Part shown: positions 49,246-58,946 of the stretch, in pieces | Numbering within the stretch: the stretch's first letter is position 1 | Layout: every line of letters starts with the position of its first letter | NCBI GenBank assembly: GCA_045106895.1 | Contig: JBGCFM010000054.1 | Location: forward strand, 9,548 to 73,547 | DNA: 64,000 nucleotides | From: Polyangiales bacterium | GTDB taxonomy: Bacteria > Myxococcota_A > Polyangia > Polyangiales > Houyiibacteriaceae | Direction of reading: 5' to 3' | Notes under the pieces: generated by a model | What the model was told of the DNA's origin: nothing | Databases searched by the model: none | What the model saw: only the letters and a program-made list of their open reading frames with translations | Program-made: the position numbers and the translations under genes

Positions 49246-51339
49246 ATGGCACATCAGCGAATTCTGGTCACCTCTGCGCTCCCCTACGCCAACGGTCCGA
49301 TTCACCTCGGGCACATGGCTGGGGCTTATCTCCCCGCCGACGTCTTCGTGCGTTACCAGCGGCTTTGCGGACAGGACGTGGTCTACGTCTGCGGATCCGA
49401 CGAGCATGGCGCGGCTATCGTCAAGCGTGCGATGGCCGATGGCGTGAAGCCCGAGGACATCGTCGGGCAGTACCACGAGCAAGCCGTCAAGGACTTCGGG
49501 GCGGTAGGCATGACCTTCGATCACTACGGTCGAACGAGCTCGCCGATGCACCACAAGACGGCGCGCGAGTGGTTCCGTAACATGGCGGAGAAGAACGCCT
49601 TTACGACGAAGACCGAAGAGCTTCCCTTCGACCCCGAAGCGAAGATGTTCCTCGCGGACCGTTTCGTGACGGGCACTTGTCCTCACTGCAAGAACGAGCG
49701 CGCGTACGGCGATCAGTGCGAGAACTGCGGCACGGCGCTGAGTCCCAAAGAGCTCATCTCGCCGAAGAGCACGCTCAGCGACGCGACGCCGGAGTGGCGC
49801 GAGACGACGCACTGGTACCTGCCGATGGGCGAGCATCAGGAGCAACTCGAAGAGTGGATCGCGACAAAGACACACTGGAAGCCAAACGTTCTTGGCCAGG
49901 TGAAGTCTTGGTTCACCCTCGGTCTCGGCGACCGCGCCATGACGCGTGACCTGCCTTGGGGCGTGCCTGTGCCGGAAGACGCTGCGTCGCTCTCCGGCGT
50001 CAGCGCCGACGGCAAGGTGCTCTATGTTTGGTTCGACGCGCCGATTGGCTACGTGAGCGCCACGCGTGAGTGGGCCGAAAAGCAGGGCGATGCGGACGCC
50101 TGGAAGAAGTACTGGCAGTCGGAAGACACGCGCCTCGTGCACTTCATCGGCAAGGACAATATCGTCTTTCACACGCTCTCGTTCCCGCTGATGATGATGC
50201 TTCATGGGGACTATGTGTTGCCCGAGAACGTACCGGCGAACGAGTTTCTGAACCTCGAAGGGGACAAGCTCTCGACGAGCCGTGGATGGGCCGTTTGGCT
50301 CGGCGAAGCCCTTGAGGCGTTTCCGGCGGACTACCTTCGCTACTCGCTCTTACGCACGCTTCCGGAGACCAAGGACGCCGACTTTACGTGGGCGGACTTT
50401 CAGGCGCACGTGAACAACGAGCTCGCCGACAACATCGGTAACTTCGTGAATCGCGGCGTGCAGTTCGTTCACAAGTACTGCGACGGCGTGCTCCCGGAGC
50501 TGGTGAACCCGAGCGCCGAAGACCAGGCAGCGCTTGCGGCGCTTGCGGACTTCCCTGCGCGCATCGGTGCGATGATCGACGAGTCGCGCATGCGTGAAGC
50601 CATCAACGAGGTCATGGCCCTCGGTCGCCTTGGCAACAAGTACTTCAACGACTCGGAGCCGTGGGCGACGCGCAAGAGCGACATGGAGCGCTGCGGGAAC
50701 ACGCTTCACGTGAGCCTGCAGATCTGTGCCTCGCTTTCGATCCTCCTCGACCCCTTCCTGCCGTTTACGGCGGCGGCGCTTCGGCGGATGTTGAAGGTTG
50801 AGGGCGTGCGCTCCAGCGAAGCCGGCGGCTCCGACGGAACTCTCGGATGGAGCGACGCCGGCGCGCCTCTCTTGAAGGGCGGGCTCGTCCTCGGCGAGGC
50901 GGAGATCCTGGTTCGTAAGGTCGAAGACGAAGCCATCGAAGCGCAGAAGGCGCTCTTGAAAGAGCGCGCCGAGGCAGCCGAAGCGGCAAAGGAAGACGCT
51001 CCCTACGCCACGCTCAAAGACCTCATGGTCTTCGGCGACTTCACGAAGATGGACCTCCGCGTCGGCAAGGTGCTCGTCGCTGAGCGAGTGAAGAAATCCA
51101 AGAAGCTCATTCGCTGCGAGGTGGACCTTGGCTTTGAAAAACGCCAGGTCCTCGCCGGCGTGGCGGAGTACCTCAGCGCCGACGACCTGCTCGGTAAGAA
51201 CGTCATCGTCGTCGCGAACTTGGCGCCGCGAAAGATGGTAGGCCTGGAGAGCGAAGGCATGTTGCTCATGGCGGAGAACCGCGAAGGGCAGCTGGTTCCC
51301 GTGGAGGCACAGTCGGAGCCAGGCTCCACCGTTTCGTGA
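49246..51339 (+). CDS. metG: Methionine--tRNA ligase with C-terminal tRNA-binding domain
   Basis: ALPYANGPIHLGH, GSDEHG, Zn knuckle, YVWFDAP, KLSTS, NLAPRKM. Confidence 0.97.
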   Translation: MAHQRILVTSALPYANGPIHLGHMAGAYLPADVFVRYQRLCGQDVVYVCGSDEHGAAIVKRAMADGVKPEDIVGQYHEQAVKDFGAVGMTFDHYGRTSSPMHHKTAREWFRNMAEKNAFTTKTEELPFDPEAKMFLADRFVTGTCPHCKNERAYGDQCENCGTALSPKELISPKSTLSDATPEWRETTHWYLPMGEHQEQLEEWIATKTHWKPNVLGQVKSWFTLGLGDRAMTRDLPWGVPVPEDAASLSGVSADGKVLYVWFDAPIGYVSATREWAEKQGDADAWKKYWQSEDTRLVHFIGKDNIVFHTLSFPLMMMLHGDYVLPENVPANEFLNLEGDKLSTSRGWAVWLGEALEAFPADYLRYSLLRTLPETKDADFTWADFQAHVNNELADNIGNFVNRGVQFVHKYCDGVLPELVNPSAEDQAALAALADFPARIGAMIDESRMREAINEVMALGRLGNKYFNDSEPWATRKSDMERCGNTLHVSLQICASLSILLDPFLPFTAAALRRMLKVEGVRSSEAGGSDGTLGWSDAGAPLLKGGLVLGEAEILVRKVEDEAIEAQKALLKERAEAAEAAKEDAPYATLKDLMVFGDFTKMDLRVGKVLVAERVKKSKKLIRCEVDLGFEKRQVLAGVAEYLSADDLLGKNVIVVANLAPRKMVGLESEGMLLMAENREGQLVPVEAQSEPGSTVS

Positions 51340-52190
51340 ACAGGGGCTTCGCCACGGACGCGGAGTTTGCCTTTGACACGTTTGGCGGAGCGCAGAACGC
51401 GCTCTGTCTCGCTCCCGATGCGCCGCGAGCCGTGGTGGGCGTGCTGCCCGCTGTTGGCATTCGCGCGGCCTATTACACCGAGTTCTTCGCGGCGCTCAAC
51501 GCCCGCGGCATCGCCGGCGTCGCGGCGGACTGGATCGGCGCAGGAGCGAGCCCCGTTCGCGCGTCGCGCCGCGTCGCGTGGAGCTACAACGAGATGGTCC
51601 ATCAGCACGCGGCGGGCCTCCATGACGCTTCACAGAAGCGCTTCGGGGACGTCCCGTTCTTCTGGCTCGGACACTCCCTCGGCGGTCATGTCGCCATGCT
51701 TCACGCCGGACTCGAAAGCGGCGTGCGTGGCGTGGCGCTCTTTGCTTCGGGCTCGCCGCACTACAAAGCCTGGACGGGCCGCGAGCGCGTGGCGATGGCC
51801 GGCGGCTCGCTCATGGTGCGCGTGATCTCCGCCGCCCTCGGCCACTTCCCGGGCAAGGAGCTTCGCTTTGGCGAGCGTGAATCCGCCGCTTGGGCCCGCG
51901 ACTGGTACCACGTGCACCGCACGGGCAGCTTCTCGCATCCGGGCTTCGACGGCGACGCGCTCCTGCGGCAAATGCGCGCTCCGGTCCTCGTCGCCACGGT
52001 CTTCGATGACAGGCTCGCTCCCGGCGAGTCGGCGGCGGCTTTGGTGGCGCGGACGCCCACGTCGAATGTGACTCGGCGGAGCTGGAACCCGGGCCACGCC
52101 GTGGGCCACAACCGCTGGCCGCGGCGCCTAAGGGAGCGCGCTGCGGAGGATTTTGACTTGTGGGTCAGCCGCATCTTGAGCTCCGCCTGA
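51336..52190 (+). CDS. Predicted alpha/beta hydrolase
   Basis: GHSLGG, DDRLAP, GHNRW; GTGA overlap with metG. Confidence 0.82.
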   Translation: MNRGFATDAEFAFDTFGGAQNALCLAPDAPRAVVGVLPAVGIRAAYYTEFFAALNARGIAGVAADWIGAGASPVRASRRVAWSYNEMVHQHAAGLHDASQKRFGDVPFFWLGHSLGGHVAMLHAGLESGVRGVALFASGSPHYKAWTGRERVAMAGGSLMVRVISAALGHFPGKELRFGERESAAWARDWYHVHRTGSFSHPGFDGDALLRQMRAPVLVATVFDDRLAPGESAAALVARTPTSNVTRRSWNPGHAVGHNRWPRRLRERAAEDFDLWVSRILSSA

Positions 52191-52197
52191 CGTCGCA

Positions 52198-52527
52198 GTG
52201 GTAGATCGAAGAGATGCCAGCGATAGCAAAGCCGAGTCCGCCTTTCACAAGGTCGGGAGTTCCATCGAAGGCGCCGAGGCGTCGCAGATGTTTGGAAAGA
52301 AGTGCTACAAGGCCGGCGGAAAGGCGTTCGTCTGCTTTTTTCAGGACGCGATGGTCTTCAAGCTCTCTGGGGAAGAGCATGCCGCGGCGCTAGCCCTCAG
52401 AGAATCCGTGCTCTTCGACCCGTCTGGCAAGGGGGGGGCGATGAAGGCATGGGTTCAGGTACATCACGACAAACGCAAGTCGTGGCCGAAGCTCGCGGCC
52501 GCCGCCCACGCCTTTGTGACCGGCTAA
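52198..52527 (+). CDS. Small TfoX-N-like protein
   Basis: QMFGKKCYKAGGKAF...MVFKL...FDPSG...MKAWVQV; start uncertain. Confidence 0.68.
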   Translation: MVDRRDASDSKAESAFHKVGSSIEGAEASQMFGKKCYKAGGKAFVCFFQDAMVFKLSGEEHAAALALRESVLFDPSGKGGAMKAWVQVHHDKRKSWPKLAAAAHAFVTG

Positions 52528-53600
52528 CGACCCTCGATGCCCACGGCGTTTAGACGCGTTCGGTAGACCGTATTTCTTGTCGTGATGAAGAGCGTCTGAC
52601 GCGCATCGCCGCCGAAGGTCACGTTGGTGGTGTCGGTCAACTCCAGTGCGCCCCATCGCATACCGTCTGGCGCGAACACCTCGATGCCGGCGCGCGTCGA
52701 TACATACACGTTTCCGCCCGTGTCTACGGTCATTCCGTCGGGACCATTGACGCTGACGAATGTGCGTTCATTCGTGAGCTCGCCGCCGAGGGCGACATCG
52801 AAGGCGCGGACCACGCCGTCCGCGGTGTCTGCGAGGTAGAGAACACTATCGTCTGGCGAAAGTGCGACGCCGTTGGGTCGCTGGTCCAGGCCGCCGGACC
52901 AAACACGACGAGTTTCGCTGCCGAGCGCGCCCGCAGGAACGAAGTAGAGGCCGCGGACGTCCATCTCGGCGGCGTCATCCGCGCCATAGCCAGGGTCCGT
53001 GAAGAACCACGCGCCGTCGCCGCGGAAGACGAGGTCGTTGGGCGCGTTGTAGCGCTGTCCTTCGTAGCGCTCGTAGACCGTGTCGATGGACCCGTCGGCA
53101 ATCTGAGCAACGCGGCGTCCTGCCTGGTGACAGGCGATGAGCTCCCCACTTGGCGTGTGGGCGAGACCGTTGGCGCCGTCGCTCGGCTGCACAACGATGC
53201 GAAGCTCGCTCGGCGGCGTCAGCGCGTATACGGCGGTGAGCTCTGGACGACCGAAGTACTGATCGGTGAAAAAGAGCTCCCCGTCGAACCAGTGCGGGCC
53301 TTCCGTGAACCCGAACGCCTCACCTTCGAAGTCTCCGATGAGGGCCTCGACCGGACCCGCGCCTTCGAGTGGGTTCGCCGGCGGGCCCGCGTCCAGTGGT
53401 TCAGGGACATCGGCTCCAGCGTCGGCAATCGGTGCGTCCGCCGCGGAGTCGTCCGGGGTATCCATGGCGGCGTCCTCAGGACCCACGTCCTGGAGAGTTG
53501 CGTCGCGCCCCGGAACATCACTCTGCGTGCCAGCGTCGTTGCTCACGTCATCTCCGCAGGCGGCGAAGAGCAGGCAGAGGAGGGTGTACGAAAAGCGCAT
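52524..53600 (-). CDS. SMP-30/gluconolactonase family lipoprotein
   Basis: Lipobox FAACGDD; FTEGPHW, ANGL, NAPNDL, FTDP, PNGVALSPD, PDGMTVD, TNVTFGG. Confidence 0.9.
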   Translation of the reverse strand: MRFSYTLLCLLFAACGDDVSNDAGTQSDVPGRDATLQDVGPEDAAMDTPDDSAADAPIADAGADVPEPLDAGPPANPLEGAGPVEALIGDFEGEAFGFTEGPHWFDGELFFTDQYFGRPELTAVYALTPPSELRIVVQPSDGANGLAHTPSGELIACHQAGRRVAQIADGSIDTVYERYEGQRYNAPNDLVFRGDGAWFFTDPGYGADDAAEMDVRGLYFVPAGALGSETRRVWSGGLDQRPNGVALSPDDSVLYLADTADGVVRAFDVALGGELTNERTFVSVNGPDGMTVDTGGNVYVSTRAGIEVFAPDGMRWGALELTDTTNVTFGGDARQTLFITTRNTVYRTRLNAVGIEGR

Positions 53601-53610
53601 TTTGCGACCC

Positions 53611-53772
53611 TAACCCCAGTGGTCGATTGGGTATACCCACCTGGCCGGCTCCCTCCGCTCATGGCCGCGCCCGCGACTCTTCGAAAGGTCCGGGACCTTC
53701 CTTCATCGTCGCGCCTTGCCATGAACGAAATCGCTCGCCCATGTGAGCAAACCCAATCGAACATTGGGGTTG
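53611..53772. mobile_element. ~160-bp palindromic MITE/ERIC-like element (copy A)
   Basis: Terminal IR AACCCCAGTGGTCGATTGGGT (53612-53632) versus 53751-53771, 19/21 identical; nested inner hairpins; core shared with the element at 63733. Confidence 0.65.
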
Positions 53773-53809
53773 GTGGACTATTTGCGCCTGTGCACCGCGT
53801 TGCGCTGTC

Positions 53810-54631
53810 ATGGCTCTGCCGCGACCCTTTCCGCGCCCACTTGGCATGTATTCATCCGCCGGAGGGCTCCTCGCACGTGAAGCGCGAAGCCTGGAACGAC
53901 TCTGCACAGACACGATCTCCGATACCCGTTTTGCGCGACTCCGGCAGCCGTCGTTCGAGGGAAAGAAGGTGTATCGCCACCAGAGTGTTCTCGTCCGTCG
54001 ACGTGGGCAAAGCCAGCGCGGCCTGCAGCTGCAACGGAACAAAGTGCGTTCGCTGCGCGTCGCCGTCGCGTGCCTTCAGGACGTCACGATCCGCCCTGGT
54101 GAGACGTTCTCGTTCTGGAAGTTGGTCGGACGCCCTACGCAAGAGCGCGGTTTCGCCCTGGGCATGGAACTGAGCGCCGGGCGTCCCCAAGAAGGCGTCG
54201 GCGGGGGGCTGTGTCAGCTCTCCAATCTCATCTTCTGGCTAGCGCTGCACTCCTCCCTTGGCGTCGTCGAACGACATCACCACAGCTTCGACCCGTTTCC
54301 TGACGACGGCCGCGTGTTGCCTTTCGGAAGCGGCGCCACGGTGATGTATCGTTACAAGGACCTGCGCCTCTTCAACCCGACGGATTCGACGTTTCGTTTT
54401 CGCTTCGGCTTCGACGCCAAGTGTCTTCGGGGGCTGCTGCAGAGTGATGCGTCTCCATCGCTGAGCTATTCCGTCTTTGAGCGGGACCCGTGCTTCGTCA
54501 ACGTTGACGGACGGTGGCGTCGCCGAAACGCGATATGGCGTCGCGTCCGGATTCGCACCACGGGTCGCGTTCTACGCGATGAGTTTCTCTTCAGGAACGA
54601 TGCCGAGGTCCGCTACGACCCCGATTGTTAG
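53810..54631 (+). CDS. VanW-family protein
   Basis: IRPGETFSFWKLVG, GVGGGLCQLSNLIFW, VVERHHHS, FGSGATV...DLR. Confidence 0.88.
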   Translation: MALPRPFPRPLGMYSSAGGLLAREARSLERLCTDTISDTRFARLRQPSFEGKKVYRHQSVLVRRRGQSQRGLQLQRNKVRSLRVAVACLQDVTIRPGETFSFWKLVGRPTQERGFALGMELSAGRPQEGVGGGLCQLSNLIFWLALHSSLGVVERHHHSFDPFPDDGRVLPFGSGATVMYRYKDLRLFNPTDSTFRFRFGFDAKCLRGLLQSDASPSLSYSVFERDPCFVNVDGRWRRRNAIWRRVRIRTTGRVLRDEFLFRNDAEVRYDPDC

Positions 54632-55947
54632 CGCTTGTTCGAGCGACGACCGCGTCCGCCGCCTCCGCCTCCGCCGCCTCGAGGACGTCGGTCTCCGCCG
54701 CCTCCGCCGCCGCGAGGACGTCGTTGTCCGCCGCCGCCGCCGGGGCGTCGGTCGCTCTTGCGCCGAGCCGGCTTGCTGTTCATGCGGCCGGCCAAGTCCG
54801 TTGGACCTGGGATGGGCTGGCTTGGTGGGTAGGGGTGGTCTTCAGTCCGCGGAAGGTGTGTCTTGAGGAGGCGCTCGACGTCTTCCAGGTACGGCCGCTC
54901 TTCCTCCTCACAGAAGGAGAGGGCGATGCCTGACTTTCCGGCGCGAGCTGTTCGGCCAATACGGTGAACGTAGGTCTCGGGGACGTTCGGGAGGTCGAAG
55001 TTGATGACGTGTGTGATGCCGTCCACGTCGATGCCACGTGCCGCAATGTCCGTCGCGACGAGCACGCTGAGGGCGCCCGAGCGAAACCCATCGAGGGCAC
55101 GCGTGCGCGCACCCTGGGACTTGTTGCCGTGGATCGCCGCGGCCTGGATGTCAGCCTTCTCAAGGTGTTTCACGATCTTGTTCGCGCCGTGTTTGGTGCG
55201 CGAGAAGACGAGCGTATGTTTCACTTCTTCTTGGCGAAGAATGTCGACGAGGAGCTTTCGTTTGTCGCCCTTGTCGACGAAGTAGATGCTCTGAGTGACC
55301 TTCTCCGCGGCGGACGAAACAGGGTCGACGGCGACGCTCACGGGGTCGACGAGGAGGTCTTCGGCGAGCTTGCGGATGGGCGCCGCCATCGTGGCCGAGA
55401 AGAAGAGCGTCTGTCGCTTCTTGGGCAGTTTGGCGATCACGCGGCGGACATCGGGCAAGAAGCCCATGTCGAGCATGCGGTCGGCCTCATCGAGGACGAA
55501 GATCTCGATCTTGCTCAGGTCGATGAAGCCGCGGTTCATCAGGTCGAGGAGACGACCGGGCGTGGCGACGAGTGCGTCGATGCCGCGTTGGAGCTCTTTG
55601 ATCTGCGCTTTCTCGCTCACGCCGCCAAAGATGACGGAGTGCCAGAGCTCGACGTGCTTGCCATAGGTGCGAAAGCTCTCACCGATCTGCGCTGCTAGCT
55701 CGCGGGTCGGGGTGAGGACGAGGGCCCGAAGGACCGTCTCTTCGCCGGCGGCGTCATCGAGGCGCTGAAGCACGGGCAGGCCGAACGCTGCCGTCTTACC
55801 GGTTCCGGTTTGAGCGCAGCCGAGGACGTCGCGTCCTTCGAGGGCAGGCGGCATCGCCTTCTGCTGAATGGGCGTCGGCGCGGTGTAGCCGGTTTCTTTA
55901 ATCGCCTGGAGAAACGGGGCCTTGAGGCCGAGGTTTTCAAAAGTCAC
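54628..55947 (-). CDS. rhlE: DEAD-box RNA helicase (RhlE-like)
   Basis: Q motif, AQTGTGKT, PTRELA, DEAD, SAT, HRIGRTAR; Gly/Arg-rich tail. Confidence 0.9.
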   Translation of the reverse strand: MTFENLGLKAPFLQAIKETGYTAPTPIQQKAMPPALEGRDVLGCAQTGTGKTAAFGLPVLQRLDDAAGEETVLRALVLTPTRELAAQIGESFRTYGKHVELWHSVIFGGVSEKAQIKELQRGIDALVATPGRLLDLMNRGFIDLSKIEIFVLDEADRMLDMGFLPDVRRVIAKLPKKRQTLFFSATMAAPIRKLAEDLLVDPVSVAVDPVSSAAEKVTQSIYFVDKGDKRKLLVDILRQEEVKHTLVFSRTKHGANKIVKHLEKADIQAAAIHGNKSQGARTRALDGFRSGALSVLVATDIAARGIDVDGITHVINFDLPNVPETYVHRIGRTARAGKSGIALSFCEEEERPYLEDVERLLKTHLPRTEDHPYPPSQPIPGPTDLAGRMNSKPARRKSDRRPGGGGGQRRPRGGGGGGDRRPRGGGGGGGGRGRRSNKR

Positions 55948-55988
55948 CCGGCTGAGTGCCAGCTTTCAACCCTAACGCAACCCGCGCG

Positions 55989-56825
55989 CTACGACTTCTT
56001 GCGATCGTCGACGATATTCATGGTGGCGACGGCGCCTTCCCCGAGGGCGATGCCTGCAAAGGGGCCGCCATGGCACATATGATTGGGGTCATCGTGGGGC
56101 AGGTAGCCTTCCTGCTTCAGAACACCTTCGGCAAACTGCTCGGCGTTGTCTTTCGGGCGATACCCCAAGAACGAGGCGTTGGCGTTGTCCACCGGGCAGC
56201 GGTCGTTGTTGGAGACGCCGTACACGATGGAGTATCCGGTGACGGGGGTGTCGATGGCGCGCTTCACGAGCTGAATGAGGTCGTCGTAGGAGAGCCAGGT
56301 GCCGAGAGCTCTGGCGTTGTTGGCGGCGGCGCAGCTGAGAATCCGCAGGCATACGGCCTCGAGTCCACGTTTCTCGAAGTACATGCGCCCAAGGTCCTCG
56401 GCGAAGCACTTGGCCAGGCCATAGAAGGTATCTGGCCGGTGCGGGACGTCTGTGCCGATGAACTCGTTCTTCGGGTACATGCCCACCGCGTGAATGGAGC
56501 TCGCGTAGACGACGCGGCGCAGGCCGTTTTGAAAGGCTGACTCCCAGATGTGGTACGCGCCCACGAAATTGGGACCGAGGAGCGTCTCGAAGGGCGCCTC
56601 GTCGACGATAGCGCCGAAGTGAACGACGATATCGACGTCCTTGAGGAGCGCCAGGATGGCGTCTTTGTCCGCGAGATCAGCCCGCACGTAGGTTTCGCCC
56701 GGGTAGAGTGTGCCGATGTCCGCGACGATGTCGCTGGAGATGAGCCTGTTGGACATCGCGGCGAGGGGCTCACGAAGGTAGGAGCCGAGGCGCCCGGCGG
56801 CGCCGGTGAGTGCGATGACAGTCAT
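55989..56825 (-). CDS. NAD-dependent epimerase/dehydratase family, uronate dehydrogenase-like
   Basis: TGAAGRLG, YASSIHAVG, RPDTFYGLAK, CLRI, TWLSYDD, LGYRPKDNAE. Confidence 0.8.
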   Translation of the reverse strand: MTVIALTGAAGRLGSYLREPLAAMSNRLISSDIVADIGTLYPGETYVRADLADKDAILALLKDVDIVVHFGAIVDEAPFETLLGPNFVGAYHIWESAFQNGLRRVVYASSIHAVGMYPKNEFIGTDVPHRPDTFYGLAKCFAEDLGRMYFEKRGLEAVCLRILSCAAANNARALGTWLSYDDLIQLVKRAIDTPVTGYSIVYGVSNNDRCPVDNANASFLGYRPKDNAEQFAEGVLKQEGYLPHDDPNHMCHGGPFAGIALGEGAVATMNIVDDRKKS

Positions 56826-56925
56826 GGCGCGGACTATGGGCTGAGGCGGAACTCGGGGCACGAAGATATCTTCGCGAAAAACGTCGTCGCCTTGGAAATC
56901 GCAGGGGCTGAAGCGACGTCACTAC

Positions 56926-57819
56926 ATGCTCCCTCTCCCACCGCCGTTTCCGCTTCGATCGCTGCTCGCTCTCGCACTGTGCTTGTCGGGGTGTTTTCAA
57001 AGCACCGTGCCCGGCGCGCAGCCGCCGATGGACCCTTCTACGCCTGACCCCGAAGTGGGCGTCGGGCGCAGCTTTGAGCTTTTCGGTGTGGACGGCCGGT
57101 GCACCGCAGATTCGTGGCGCCTCGACATCGACGCCGAGGGGCGCGCGGAGTGGTTCAATATTCGGCCCGGCGTTGGAGAGGCCCGAGGCGATGATGTCCG
57201 TGTGGTCGTGGACTTCGGGGACACGATACTTGAACTGTTTCGCACGGGCGATGAGTGGAGCGGCTTCTACGTGTGGCACGTATTCCGCGACGACGAACTG
57301 ATCGCCTGGGCCGTCGAAATTCCGCCACGAGCAGCGGTCCCCGCCGGCGTGCCTTCTTTCCGCGCGTGCGCCGTCTTCGAGCAATGGTCGCTTCACGAAC
57401 TGGGGGGCGGCGAGTCTCATGGAGAGGCCGTCGTCGATGTCGACCCCGAGAGCTGGCGGGGTGAACCCTCGGACTTCCCGCTTTGGCTCGATGTTCAACG
57501 TGACGGGACCGTGTTCTTTCACGATATCCGACTGCGGGTCCACGACGGTCACGCCGGGAGCGGCGTCGTGGAGGGCGAAGTGGTCTCTTGGGACGGAACG
57601 GAAGGTGTCGTTCGCGTGCGAAATAGCGTCGGCTTGTGCTCCGTGGCCGAGGGGGAGATCATCTTCCGCCGGGTGCGGAACGAGATTCACGTGATGCAGA
57701 GCTGGCACGTCGTTGACATCGCGGACGACGACAACGATGGCGACCGCGAGGAGCGCCACCTGCGACGGACGCGCTCTGTCCTCACGGCGGGCGCGTGCCC
57801 TTTCAGCTTGAGACGTTAG
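56926..57819 (+). CDS. Hypothetical lipoprotein
   Basis: Lipobox LSGC; beta-rich sequence; no family recognised. Confidence 0.55.
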   Translation: MLPLPPPFPLRSLLALALCLSGCFQSTVPGAQPPMDPSTPDPEVGVGRSFELFGVDGRCTADSWRLDIDAEGRAEWFNIRPGVGEARGDDVRVVVDFGDTILELFRTGDEWSGFYVWHVFRDDELIAWAVEIPPRAAVPAGVPSFRACAVFEQWSLHELGGGESHGEAVVDVDPESWRGEPSDFPLWLDVQRDGTVFFHDIRLRVHDGHAGSGVVEGEVVSWDGTEGVVRVRNSVGLCSVAEGEIIFRRVRNEIHVMQSWHVVDIADDDNDGDREERHLRRTRSVLTAGACPFSLRR

Positions 57820-57894
57820 CGCTCAGGTCTTCGCCGTGGGCGCCCGTCACGGCGGCGACGACGGGGGCGAAGGGCGGGTACCCCCTTGTCGCTC

Positions 57895-58845
57895 TCAGCT
57901 CTTCTTCGTTTGCCGGAGTGGTGTCATATCAATGAGAGGCGCCGTCGGCACGCGCTGTTGGCTGATGCCCGCCCACCCGGAACCCATGAGGGTCTGTTTT
58001 AAGGCTGTCTGAAACGACTGGGCGCTGGCGTAGCGGGCGTCCGGGTCCCGGGCGACGGCGCGGTCGACAACGTGGCAGAGGGCAGCCGGAAGGTGTGGCG
58101 CCGCGTCTTTGAGTGGGCGACGGGCGTGCATGACGATGGCGACGAGCATCCGCTCATACGAGGAGTCATCGAAGGGAAACGTACCACTCAGCATCCGGTA
58201 GAGGAGAACACCTGCGGAGTAGATATCGGCGCGAGCGTCCACGTGTTTGGCCGACTGAAGCTGCTCCGGGGCGGCGAAGCTCGGCGTGCCCATCATCGTG
58301 CCCGTGCGTGTGAGGTTTGTGCTTGAGGAACTCGCATTCGAGGAGCTCGACGAGCCGATTTTCGCGATGCCGAAGTCGAGGAGTACGACGCTCGCGCCTT
58401 CGATGGTCTCTCGGAGAAAGACGTTGCTCGGCTTGAGGTCGCGGTGAACGACGCCGGCGTTGTGGGCCGCTTGAAGTCCCGTGAGGATCTCTTGGGTGAA
58501 CGCCAGCGCGTCGGCGAGTTGCCCCGCTCCTTCGCGGCGAAGCCACGAGGAGAGTGACTCCCCCACGAGATACTCCAGAACCAAGAAAGGGTACTCCGCG
58601 ATGCCGGAGTCGAAGGCCTTGATCACGTGGGGGGAGTCGACGACGGACGCCGCCTGGGCTTCTCGCATGAAGCGGCGGATGCCTGCGTCCCCTCCCTCGT
58701 TCCGGTGAAGGACTTTGACGGCGACCTCCCGGCCAAGGATCTCATGCTTGGACCGGTAGACGGCCCCGTATCCGCCGACGCCGACGAGTTCGAGCAGTCG
58801 GTAGCGGTCGAGCTTGGTTCCGACGAGGGCTTCCGGGTCAAACAC
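57895..58845 (-). CDS. Cytoplasmic Ser/Thr protein kinase
   Basis: GVGGYGAV, VAVK, HRDLKPSN, DFG, GTPSFAAPE; start probably GTG 58845. Confidence 0.92.
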   Translation of the reverse strand: MFDPEALVGTKLDRYRLLELVGVGGYGAVYRSKHEILGREVAVKVLHRNEGGDAGIRRFMREAQAASVVDSPHVIKAFDSGIAEYPFLVLEYLVGESLSSWLRREGAGQLADALAFTQEILTGLQAAHNAGVVHRDLKPSNVFLRETIEGASVVLLDFGIAKIGSSSSSNASSSSTNLTRTGTMMGTPSFAAPEQLQSAKHVDARADIYSAGVLLYRMLSGTFPFDDSSYERMLVAIVMHARRPLKDAAPHLPAALCHVVDRAVARDPDARYASAQSFQTALKQTLMGSGWAGISQQRVPTAPLIDMTPLRQTKKS

Positions 58846-58946
58846 GCCTGAATCATGACCTTCCGCCGGCTCTTTGCCCAGTCTCGTGGGGCTGAGACCC
58901 CACAGACCGGTTGACTGCGGGCCCCGATGCGGAAGAGCGTAGCGAA

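Noticed and set aside
53810..54631. vanW as evidence of a vancomycin-resistance cluster
   Set aside because: No vanHAX or vanRS genes; VanW-domain proteins are widespread.
54635..54745. GC-rich tandem repeats at the end of the helicase gene
   Set aside because: They encode the ordinary Gly/Arg-rich tail of DEAD-box helicases.
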